From Kiritimatiellia bacterium (GTDB lineage: Bacteria > Verrucomicrobiota > Kiritimatiellia > RFP12 > UBA1067): a DNA stretch of 45,839 nt. The DNA lies in NCBI GenBank assembly GCA_900767325.1, contig CAAFYT010000089.1, positions 1 to 45,839 on the forward strand, written 5' to 3'. The position numbers and the translations under genes are program-made. Below, in pieces: positions 16,530-28,500 of the stretch; the first letter of the stretch is position 1, and each line of letters opens with the position of its first letter. The notes under the pieces were generated by a model that was given only the letters and a program-made list of their open reading frames with translations, was not told where the DNA came from and did not search any database.

Positions 16530-19500
16530 ATGAAGAATAAAATTCTGTCCCTGATTGCTCTTGCGGCGATCTTCGCGTGTGGTTCGGCGATGGCCGTCGG
16601 CGATATCTACGATATCCGGGCCTGCAAGGATGCGATTGGCAGATGGAACGATTGTGCGGAAAGCGAGTTGCCGCTTTATACAATCGATAGTCCAATGGTC
16701 GTCGGCGACGATATGTATTTCAAGGTTCGCTTCATCCCGCGGGATCAAAGCGGTGCAACTTGGAATCTGACGTATACTGGGCCCTTCTCGCCGGAGATGG
16801 CCAAGGCGCTGACGCCGCTCCAGATGGGCATTTTCGTGGGCGGAACGAATCGGTTGGAGTTCGCAAGCTGCATCGAGACGCTGGAGAGCAGAGTCGGGCC
16901 CTACACGTGCCTCGATCTCGTTTTCACCTACAAGGTGCAGCCGGGCGACTTCGCCTTGCCGATCGTGACCGCGTCCATTGACGAGCGCGGCAATGTGGTG
17001 CCGACCTTCAATACCGATCCGAAGGGCACGGGCTATCGCGGCTATTACATCAACCCGGGTTCGTACCAGTGGAAGATCTACTATGGCGACACCAAGCAGG
17101 AGGCTGTGTGGGCGATCTCCAGCCAGAGTTTTTCGCCGGTGCCGATGCGCGACCTCTACCTGCGCAAGGCGGGCTATGTGGCGAAGACGGTGGACTTCGA
17201 CAAGGGCGATGACTACAAGAAGGGGGATGTCTGGCGCGAGGTGCATCAGGGCTCGGCGCTGACCGTGAACGCCGATCCCCGGATCGCGCTCACCAGCGTG
17301 CCGACCAATTCGGTGCGGATGTACGTCTGGTCCACGAACGAGAACGCGGTCGTGGTCTATCCGTCCAGCAAGGTGAAGGTCGAGAAGGTCACGATGAAGG
17401 ATCCCGTGACGCAGAAGGATGTCACCTACTCGGTCGGCGAAATCGTCATCGAGGGCGGGCAGCAAGAAGCCGAGTTCAAGATTTGGGGTGTCAGCAAGAC
17501 GGCGAACGGCGGCAATGCTGGTCTTGTGCTGAGCGCCTACAACCATTTCAACTACGAAAACCTTTCCGGTGATCTCATTCCAGATACGCTTACGATTCCG
17601 GTCAAGTGTATTGACGAACTACCGCCGACGGTCTCCGTTCGGTGCGACCGCGAGGTAGTTTACGCTGATGAGGACTACAAGGAAATGGCCGCGCAGTTCA
17701 CGATCACTGCATCGCAGGCGCTGCCTGTGGATGTGGATGTCGCGCTGAAGCCCATGTTTGCCGATGGCGAGGGGGGCGATGAGAAGTGGCCCGATTACAT
17801 GCGGTTCTCTACGACGGGTGCATTTCCATCCACGTCGCCGGATCCTTCGGCCTATCCGACGGTGAGAATTCCAGCGGGGCAGACCTCGGCCGATTTCACG
17901 ATCTGCCTGTTCGCGCTCAGGAGCGACGATCGCACGCGCGGCGTTGGGCACGGTATTGCGTTCAAGCCGATTATTTCCGACGCCCAAAAGGCGGCCGCGG
18001 GCATCCAACTTCTTGAGGACGCGCTCGTCACGGTGCAGCCAGCGCCTGCTCGGATTATCGTTCCGGCGGAAGGGGTTACGCTTACTCCGCAGCCAGTTCG
18101 CAACGATGATTACGCGCTGACGCTTCAGGTCAATGGAACATACGCCGATTTGAACGCTGGCACGACTGCTGGCTACAAGATTTATGTGCGCTATCCGAAT
18201 AAAACCTTCGCGGCGCTTGCGGGCGAGTATTACGTTGACTCCAGCGACTCCGAAGTCGAAGGCGGAATTCTCAAGTTGCTGGCGAAAGATCCAGCTGATG
18301 GCAAAATGGTGAAGACGGAGACATTGCCAGTGCTCAAGTTCCCGACGGCTGGCGATGATCAGACGGTCGAGATTTACGTTGTGCCACCGGTTAGCGGTTC
18401 TCTCGGTAAGAGCGCAACGCGGACCGTACTCGCCAATGTAAAAGATCTGCGCTCAATTGTTCTAACCACGACCGATGGAACGGAGAATGAGTATAACGAA
18501 GGCGCGACGGTCAACATCAAGATTAAATTGAGCGAGAATAGCTACGATAATCCGATCTACGCATTTTTAAGGCCCGTTGACTCTGCCTATGCAACCAATT
18601 CGCTCTATAGGAGCGTCAAGGGTGGCAGTTTTATGACCTGCGGTATGAATGGGTCTGATTCAATCTCGGGTATTCCGATTGCATCCCCGGAGACGGAAGT
18701 TACGGCGTCATTCATGTTCCTTGATGGTTACAGTCGCGATAACGGCGGTTTGAACGCTGGCTTTGAAGTCATACTCTCCGAGGAGCAGACCTCAACGAAT
18801 AAAGTCATCAAGGGTTTCAACTCGAATCAGCTCAATCTCACGGTCTACAACGTTGAGCCAGAGTTGACGCGTTTCGAGCTGAATGGCGTCAAGTATAACG
18901 ATGGAGATACGGCAACAACGAAGTATCCGCTTGGCCAGGATCAGGTTGTCAAGGCGATTGTCAAGGATGTTCAGTACGATCTGGACAACAACTTCACCTG
19001 CCGGTGGACTCCGTATTGCGATGACATTCCGCAGGAAGACGGCATCAAGACGATTGTCGGCAATCCGTCCAACTGCACCTATACCAACAACTTCCCGATC
19101 GCCGGACACTGGAAGATCGAGTTGGAGATCAAAGACAAGGATATGAGCGACTGGAAGGCGACGTCCTATGCGCTTTATCTCGATGTGGTCGATCAGCCGC
19201 AAGTTTCAATCTCGGCCCCGGAGACACTGGATGAGACGGCGAGAACGCAGAAGATTCTCGTTGGCCTCGGCGGTTATTACGATTCGTCCGCCGCCGGGGG
19301 CAAGCCGATGGATGTCATGATCCATGTGATCCCGCCGACTGGCGCAAACCCTGGCGAATTCAAGCTTGCCGAGGAGTATCGCAATACCGATCCGTTGCTC
19401 GGGCCGACGGAAGAGGGGTATTATATAATTCAGATCAAGGATACCAAGGAGCATGAGATACCGATCTCCTCCCTGGACGGTACGATGCTCAGCGAAGGTA

Positions 19501-22500
19501 GCGGCTTTAAGCTTGAGGCGTATGTGGTGACGAAGACCGTGAATCCGCGTACGGGCGTGCCGTGGTGCGACTATTACCTCCTCAATAGCACGAAGTCGTA
19601 TGTGCTGAATGTTGCGCCAAACAACAACGATGCCGACGGTAAGGCATTCTCACCGTTGGGCGACATCAACACGCCTTCTGGGCGCGTCGAGGTGGCGGCG
19701 AGCCGGGCGACGGAACGCAAGATCACATGGCGTTTCAGAAACGATGTTGAAGCTGATATGAAGGCCGGAGTCACGATTCACATTTCTGGCGGCGGCGGCG
19801 AGAACTACAATGAGGACGGATTCACGAACGGCGTGAAGACGGTGACGGAATCGGCCTCTGGAACGTATGTGCCGGACTTCAGCGGTCTGACGGGAGACCA
19901 GCAGGTCATGATCGAGATCGAGGATAAGGACGGCGGCAACATCAGCCAGACCTGGTATTTCACAATCATCGCCTCAAAGACGCTGAATACCTTTGCCGAC
20001 GGGCCTTCGGGCGGAACGGACAAGCAGCTTTCCGTCAAGTATCAGGGCGCAGCGGGCCTCGGCAAGGGCCACGTCTTCATTCCCGGCTACAGCGGAGTTC
20101 CGGGGGCCACGCAGTTCCGTCTCAGCTGGAACTGCGGGCGAAACAACATCATGTACGGGTATGCCTACGGTTACCGCGTGGGGGCGATCGACAACGGGCA
20201 GCTCAATGGCGGCAACGACATCCCGATCGATTCGAACGGCAACACCTGGACGACGGGTGACCCCTACTACCAGTATGACGACAAGACCCTCGACTCCTTC
20301 CTGTACGCCTGGCTGAAGCCGACTTCCGCCGAGGGTGGAGATTCGGAGGCCACGATCAACGTTACGCCGGAGTTCAGCGACGGCACGGTTTCCGCTGCCG
20401 AGATCAGGATGCCCGCGCAGGAGGCGAGCGGCGAGAAGGACGGGAGCGGTTATTTGCCGGTCACGGTTGAGGCGGTCTTCTCGAAGGAATACATCGCGTC
20501 GGATAACATCGGCGATATCAACGCAGACGGCATTCCCGATCTTTACATCGCCAACCCGTACTACGATTTCACGGTGGACTATTCGCTCTTCCGTGGCGAG
20601 GGGAGCGACATGGCGTCGTTCAAGAACATGAACGATGACGAGGACTTCCTCCCGATCGGCATCGGCGGCACGGCGATCTATCCGAATTTCAACGGCGCAA
20701 CGGAGTTTACCGCCTATCAGGAGATCCGTGGTTTGGGCGATGGGCTCAATAATGCTCCCGCGCTCGCCGGCATCACCGGCGCCAAGCCAGATCCCGATTT
20801 CACGGATCTTGAGCTCAAGAGTGCGCGCACGCTGGGCTATACTTCGGCGAAGGATGCGCTCGACCATGGCTGGTCGCCGGAGCGTCCGTCGAATCCGACC
20901 GTTGAGGATACGGATGAGGACGGCTTCCCGGATGGCTACGAATACTGGTTCTGGTATCGCGCGCATGTCGGCTATCTGGACAATGGCCAGATTCGTCGTA
21001 TCCAGGGCGAGAAGTACAATCCTCTGCATCCCGAAAAGGGCGATGTGATCACCTGGCAGGAGATCGAGAAGGTGTTCGATCCCATTACGGTGAACGCCGA
21101 GGCCGCCGACGACATCAACCTCGTCGATACCGATAACGATGGTCTGCCGGACATTCTCGAGTTCGCGCTGGGAACGAATCCGATCCACTGGGATACGGAT
21201 GGCGATGGTCTGCCGGACGGCTGGGAAGTGCTTCGTACCAATCTTGATCCGCTGAAGGCGGCAACAGACGATACGCACAAGGACGGCACCGTGAACCCCG
21301 ACCATGACTTCATGGCCTCGATGACGCTTTCGGGTCTTACGCGCATCACGTCGGTCGATGCCGCGGGGCGCGCCGTCCATTACGCGACCCCGATCGCCTA
21401 TTGGGACATCATGGAGGCGGTTCAGGTTACGGAAGAGCCGCTGGGTACGGGTTGGAAGGTGAGGATCGGCGAGAAGGACTACATCATCAAGAACGGCGAT
21501 CTGACGGAGTCGCAGGTGTATGTGAAGGTCGTGGACGGGGAAAAGGAGGAGTACTACCTCGCGAACGACTTCAAGCCCACGGAGGCCTTTGCCGTTTCGA
21601 TGGCTCCTGGCGTCGCGGTGCGTGGGCTCGGCGCGATTCTGGAGAAGGGAACCAAGCTTGATTCCGCTCCGGTGCAAGCGGAGTGGTACGAGAAGCGCTT
21701 CGTTGGGTTCGAGAACTCGGCGGGGGGAATGTCGCCGATCGGCGGAAACGACGCGGACTTCGAGCGTCGCGGCTACTCCGTCTGGCAGTATGGAAAGGAC
21801 GGCGGCTACGTGATGGCGGGCAACAAGGATGTTGCGGTCGGCACGGTGGTCGTTGAAGTGGCCGTTGCGGATATCAAGCTTCTCCATCACCACGTCTACC
21901 AGTGGCGCGGCTTCAAGTTGGCGACGGATCTTGCGGAGAAGTACGGTACGCTCGACGAGCGTTGGGACATGGGCACGGGTTTCGATCCGACCACGGCATG
22001 GAATGTGGATGATCATGGTTATGTGCATCATCGCTGGTGGATTACGCCTCCGTCCAAGCCGCTCAGCAGCTTTGTCCGCAAGATTGGCTACGGCGCAACG
22101 GGAATGGCGGCCGATACGGAGGCCTACACGACGCTTGACGAGTATCTGCTGATGAACTTCCGTCAGCATTGCGGGCAGGTTGCGGAAGCCGACCTCTGGG
22201 CTGATCTCCACGCCTCGCCGCAGAAGACCTATGCGTCGATCTGGGCGAAGAACACGACCTTCCCGAACAACCAGACATCGACGACAACCTCCACCACGAC
22301 CGTGACGGATGAGGAGGGTAACACGACGACCTCGACCACCGATTCGGCCTCGGTCTCCGGCTGGGGCGCCGACACGGATGGCGATGGCGTTCCGGACGGC
22401 TGGGAACTCTACGTCTCCTGCGGACCGTATTCGCTCGGCAATGTGCTGAACAACACCTTGGCCATTTCGCCGCTTTACAATGAAATCGCGAACAACAGGC

Positions 22501-25500
22501 CTATGGATGTCGACGAAGATCCGATCGCCGGGCCGACGAATCCGCCCGAAGGCGACGGACTTTCGTATGTGGCGGAGTTCCTGGGCACCGATTCGATGAT
22601 CGCCTATGCTGACGTGGATACGATCGCCACAACGCATCCGTCGGACGAGCATTGGCTCAACAAGTTCTGGCCGACCGATCCGTGGTCGACGGATACCGAT
22701 TGCGACGGCGTCGCGGATGGTGCCGAGAGCGCGGGCGTCCACAAGGTCTACTCCGGAATGACCTGCGAGTGGCCCGCTGATACGGGCACCTACCGCATCG
22801 AGGGCGCGGGTATGAACCCCTGCTCGTGGGATACCGATCAGGATGGTCTGCCCGATCCGTGGGAGCTGCAGTACATCGGCCAGTACATCCCGAGCACGTT
22901 CTATTGCACCGATGTCTACCAGTATCGCGGGTATCAGCTCATGTGCGCGATGTATGGCCTGGAGCCGTCGGCCGCGATATTCGTAAATCCGGCGGAGGAG
23001 CCGGGCTTCTTCGTGGGCGGCATGGATCCTTCGGTTCCTGACTCCTATTCGGAAACCGAGTATTCGCTGAGCGAGGAGATTCTTGCGCGTCGGCCGCTGA
23101 ACATCAACCGCGATTACGATTTCGACGGATTGCAGAACTGGCAGGAGTATCTGACCTGCACGATTCGCGCGTTCCGTTACGACGATGTGCTCTCGCCGTG
23201 GAAGGTTCCGCAGAAGGCCGATTTCGGTGCAACCGACGAGGAATTCCTCGACGCGCTCGTGACGGGCGCTCCGCTCAATCCTCTGACGGACGGCGGTTCC
23301 AACCCCAATCTGGTCTTCGGCGCGTTCGACAGCTATGCCGCCTACGGCTCGAAGTGCCGTCGTGGGTGGGACCTCTGCTACGACCACTACTACTTCTTCC
23401 CGGATGGCGTGAACCACATTCTTCGCAAGGACAGCAACAAGCTGTTCACGAAGAGCATCTACGGGCAGATCATCGCCGAGGCGGGTCTCTCCGACGAAAT
23501 CGACGAGGATGTGGGGCCGGTCGAATATGCGACGTGCGATCCGCGCGACCCCGATTCCGATGGCGATGGCATGGACGACTACTACGAGCTCTTCCACGGG
23601 CTTAATCCGCTCTACGGCGGGAAGACCGGCTTGGATCTCATCTCCATGCAGTGGGGCGCGGGAATCAGCGCCGAGAACAACTACTGGCAGCTGACCCGCC
23701 AAAATGAAGCGCGCGGCGACAGCAAGGAGAAGAAGGCCCGCGACTTCGCGATCTTCCCGTGGATGGCCGGCGATCCGGCGGCCGATCCCGATGGCGACGA
23801 CATCAGGAACGTCGATGAATCCATCAAGCCGAACATCGAGGCGAACCTGACCTGGCTCCATACCGATCCGACTCCGCTTTGGATGACGGATACGTCGTCG
23901 GCCCATTCGCTGGTCAACGGATACTATCGTCCGCCGGTTCTCTCGTTGCAGTGGGATGGCGAGATTCCGCGCCAGATCGACGGCCGGGATCTGCCGGATG
24001 TCTCGGCGGCGCCCTCGCATCGCTGGCTCCTGATCACGCCGTACAACTGGGCGTTCGAGGAGAACGACGGCTACGATTCCGACCATGATGGCTTGAGCGA
24101 CTATCACGAGGCCGCGGCCAAGGCCACGGCGACCACCGATCCTCAGGACGAGGACGATCCGCGCCGTCGTCAGGCGATGTACTTCACGGGCGACAGGAGC
24201 GCTCTGCAGGCGAAGGACGATCCGATCTTCGGAATCGGGAGCTCGGAGCTCTTCTTCCTCGAGTTCACCGTGGAGTGCTGGGTGCGGCCCGAGCGCGTGG
24301 GGGGCGCTCGGCAGACGATCCTCGAGCGCGTTGTCACGCATGGCGCCTCGAATCCGGGCGATCGGCGCTATTATCGGCGCAACTTCCAGCTCGGCATCGA
24401 CGAGACGGGGCACTACTATGCCGCCTACGACTCCAATGGCACGGGCGTCGATCGCGTGATCGCCACGAGCGAGCGCACGGCAACGGCCGACGCCTGGACG
24501 CACCTTGCGGCGACCTATGATGGCCGCAAGCTCGTGCTCTTCATCGACGGCGTTCCGTTCGCAACCACGGTCTCCGAGCTGCATCCGGCCATTTCCGGCG
24601 AATCGGCGTATACGACGCTGACATATGACAACACGGTCAGCATGCTCGACTGGGATTTCGACATCTGGAGCTATCTCCGTTCGATCACCACCGAGCACGC
24701 GATCATCGTCGGCGCTTCGGCGATCGAGCAGACGGGTTCGGAAGATTCGAAGATTTCGGCGCTTGCCCTTGATTCCAAGACCTCGTCGTGGGATGCCTAC
24801 GACAGCTTCTACCAGGGCTATCTGGACGAAGTCCGCATCTGGGACGGTGCGCGTAGCGAGGGAGAGATCAGGAGTGACTACAAGGCGCGCTACACCTTCG
24901 CCGATGTCGCCGCCAACCAGAAGGCGGTCTACAAGGCCTGGCTGGATGGTGCACGGCGCGATGTGACGAATCTCGACGTCAGCAACCAGCTGCCGCCGGA
25001 GCTTGCCTACCACTACACCTTTGACGGGCTCTTCAGCGCGCTCTCGCCGGAATTCATGGCGACGGAGCCGAATGGCTTCAACGCGACGATCGAGAACGGT
25101 GGCAAGGCACTCTGCGCCCGCCCGGAGGGCTACGTCTGCCAGTGGTGGGCGGATCTGCCGGTTCACTCGCTCGTCTATGGCAACTATGCCTATGTGCCGT
25201 GGATTCCGAACACGCTGGCACATCTGCCGCGCATCGACGGCACGGTTCTCGACTCGGTGTATTGGAGTGAGGATTTCGTCGGCTTCAAGTCGGCGGCGGA
25301 GATGAACTACGAGAAGTTCGACTTCCCGAAGACCCACGAGCTCTGTGGCAACTACGTGCCGGTCGTGACTGGTCTTGGCGAGCGCGAAACGCGCAATGCG
25401 ATCGTCTTGAACGGCGGCACGCCGCTCGACGAGCATGTTGTCTCGAAGCAGAATTTCGTGACGCGCGAGGAAAAGCTTTACACAACTGACCTCCTGCCGC

Positions 25501-28500
25501 TCGGTAACGCCTATGTGCGCTATTGCGAGGACATGTGGGATGGCGAAGGCCCCTCCACGGTCGGCGATCCCTCGGGCAAGGATGTTGACTTCGACTACCT
25601 GCCTGATTGGTGGGAGGCGCTGCAGCCCGGTTTTGTGGATCTGACGACCTATGATTGGGAAACGCCGATTACTCGCAATGGTCTGACCCGCACGGCGGGC
25701 GAGTGGTATCGCATCGATATCGCCGCGGGCGCCCATGAGACGGCGACAGGCGGAACCTTGGCGGATGAGACCTACAAGTCCGTCGCCGATGTCGATCACG
25801 ACGGCATGGCGGATTGGTGGGAGGATTTCTACGGCATCGATACGCACAACTCCACCGATGGATTTGCCGATGTTGATAACGACGGTCTTTCCAATTACGC
25901 CGAGTTCCTCGTGAGTGAGGTGTTTAACTACGCTGTCTTGAGCCCGACGAATCCGCGTTCGGATGGCTTTATTGTTGACTACTTCCGCAAGTTCGGCGAT
26001 CTCTATCTTGGCGAGGTCTTTACTGACCATGACCAAGTCAATGATGATTGGGAAGGGCGCTATCCCGAATTCGCCAATCGATCGCTCTACGATCCATCGC
26101 GTGATGAAGATCACGATGGTTGGTCGAATTATGCGGAGTACCGTGCGGGCACGGATCCTTCCAAGATCACGGCGATGGGTATTGAGGAGTACACGAAGAA
26201 CGAGTATCCCGTTCCCGTCATCGAGGCCAAGGTCGTCTACAACGGCAACGACATCAGTCTCGGCCAGGTCGTGTTCAAAGCCTGGAACGAGGAGAGCGAT
26301 CCGGATATGAACTCCGTCCCCGATGCGATCTGGACGTTCGGAAACGGCGAGGCCGTTGAGGGTGATCGTGTCTCGACGGGTGGGTCGTCCGAGAGCGGCA
26401 GTTCGCTGGTCGACTATGAGAAGTACATCGGCAAGAAGCCCTCGGGCGTGCAGCGTTATGTTTTGTCGGGCGGGGCGATTTCCGAGGGATCCGTCCGGAT
26501 CGCCTTCTGCAACCCGAACTTCTCGATCATTACATTCGTGGATGACGTTCCCGTGTCGATGGAGAATGGCTATCCTGATGATGCGGAATGGTTCTATAAC
26601 GTCTTCGACAAGGGCGGCAAGCTCGTGCACTCCGCGTTGTTCGGCGATGACGGCGAGGAAGATGAGATCGGCACGATCGACTATAAGACCGGCGTGATCA
26701 CCATTGACTTCGACACGTTCACGGGGCTGCACTTCGGCGATTACAGCAGCATCGCCAGCACGGCCTCAGGTTCGACCGAGACGGATGCCGAGAAGTACTA
26801 CGTCTACGACATCGAAACGTCCTATGTGCGCATTCAGTGGTCGGCGAAGTTGATTGGTTTGACGGTTAATAACACGTATTACCTCTCAGATTCCGATGTG
26901 GTGTCGGAGGCCGCTAAGAGCCATGGTCACATCCGCGAGGGCAAGAATACCTTTGTCTGCTATCTTGTCGGTGGTTCGGGCGCCTCGGGAGAATCCAGTG
27001 GTGAAGGCGAGGGCGCCAGCTCGATTACGCCCGGAACTCCGTTTGGCGTCGTGCGTGGCGTTGACGTGGGCTGGCAGGGCGCGAAATTCACGGTCGAGAT
27101 CGGCGAGACGTGCGGGATTTCGCCGCGCATCGCCCTTTGGGCCGATGTGAACGATCGTGACGAGAAGATCGACGGCGCCAACGACGTGCTCCTCAATGAC
27201 CGCACGCTGGCGCTCCTCAACGCCCAGTCGAGCAATTCGCTGGATCGCGCCTACTGGGCGCAGGTGGTCTCGAATCGCGTCGACGTCACGCCGCCGCAGA
27301 AGGACAAGGTCCGCGTGCGCGTCGTACGCTACGGGGTGGACGATATGTTCTACTATATGGTCGCCGGCCTGAATCCCGAGCCGCTGATCGACAAGATGTT
27401 CGATGCCAATGGGCGCGACTTCCTCTGCGAGGCCGACTTCCTGGGCGACGGGATCTTCGACCTTGACTGGGAGACGCTGAAGAGCGAGGTCGTCGACAAC
27501 TCGGCCGTCAAGGCCGCCAACCTCCCCGTCACGAACATGACGTATCTCGTCGTGATCGGAGACGGCGAGAAGGCGATTCATGGTTCGACAGATACGAACT
27601 CGGTCATTCGGGCGCTCGGCTCGGTGGTCACGCGTCGCTTCGAGAAGACGCAGTCGCGTCCGAAGGCGATCGGCGTAATCGGCGGTGGTGATGTCGTTGA
27701 TCGTGGCATCGTCTTCTCGGCGCGTCCGACGTTCGTTTGGTCCGTGCCGAACGAGGATGCCTGGGCGAAGCGCTTCGGCACGACGTATACTGCGTTCAAG
27801 ATTCGAGTGAAAGATGCGAAGACAGGTGAGTTGATCTACAACTCCGGTGTCGTTCGTGCGCCTGCACAGGAACCCGATGGAAGCTTCCGTTGGATGGCTC
27901 CGATTACGGTCGGCGCGCAGACGCCGCAGGGCAAGTTGTTCAAGAACGCCGCGAACTACACTTGGGATGTTGCGATGTACAACGCCAAGTTCAAGCCCTC
28001 CGCGAACGAGACCGATGTGTGGTCTTCTCCTGATGAGGGTCGTTTCTCGACGGATGTGAACATGCAGCAGGCGCTGAACGACCGTGGCTTCTCGTCCGTT
28101 GACGTGAGCGTGAAGTACGCGGGTCCGAAGGCCGTTCTGGAGAAGTGCGGCGATCTGACCGATCTCAGGGGCAAGGTTCGCGTTCAGGCGTTCACCACGG
28201 CCGATTTCAGCGGCGAGCCGCTTTCCGAGACGCAGGTCACGGACTTCGGTTCGCTGGTCAACCTCCTTGATCAGGATGTCAATGCAACGTTGATCGGCCT
28301 CCCGGCCGACGGCACCTATTACGTGCGCGCCTACATCGACATGAATGGCAACTTCAAGAAGGACGACTTCGAGTCGTGGGGCTATGCGAAGGATTCGGCG
28401 GCGCTTTCGACGACGGTCAGCCGGAAGCCGGCGCTCAGCATCTTCATTGAAGACGCCGATACGAACGGCAACTGGCATCCCGACGCCTGGGAGTACGCCT

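Noticed and set aside
19421-19430. ttatataatt inside giant gene 3, which looks like a -10 box
   Set aside because: It lies in the AT-richer coding segment with no -35-like TTG at 17-18 nt, and no downstream start codon or gene. It is probably a chance match.
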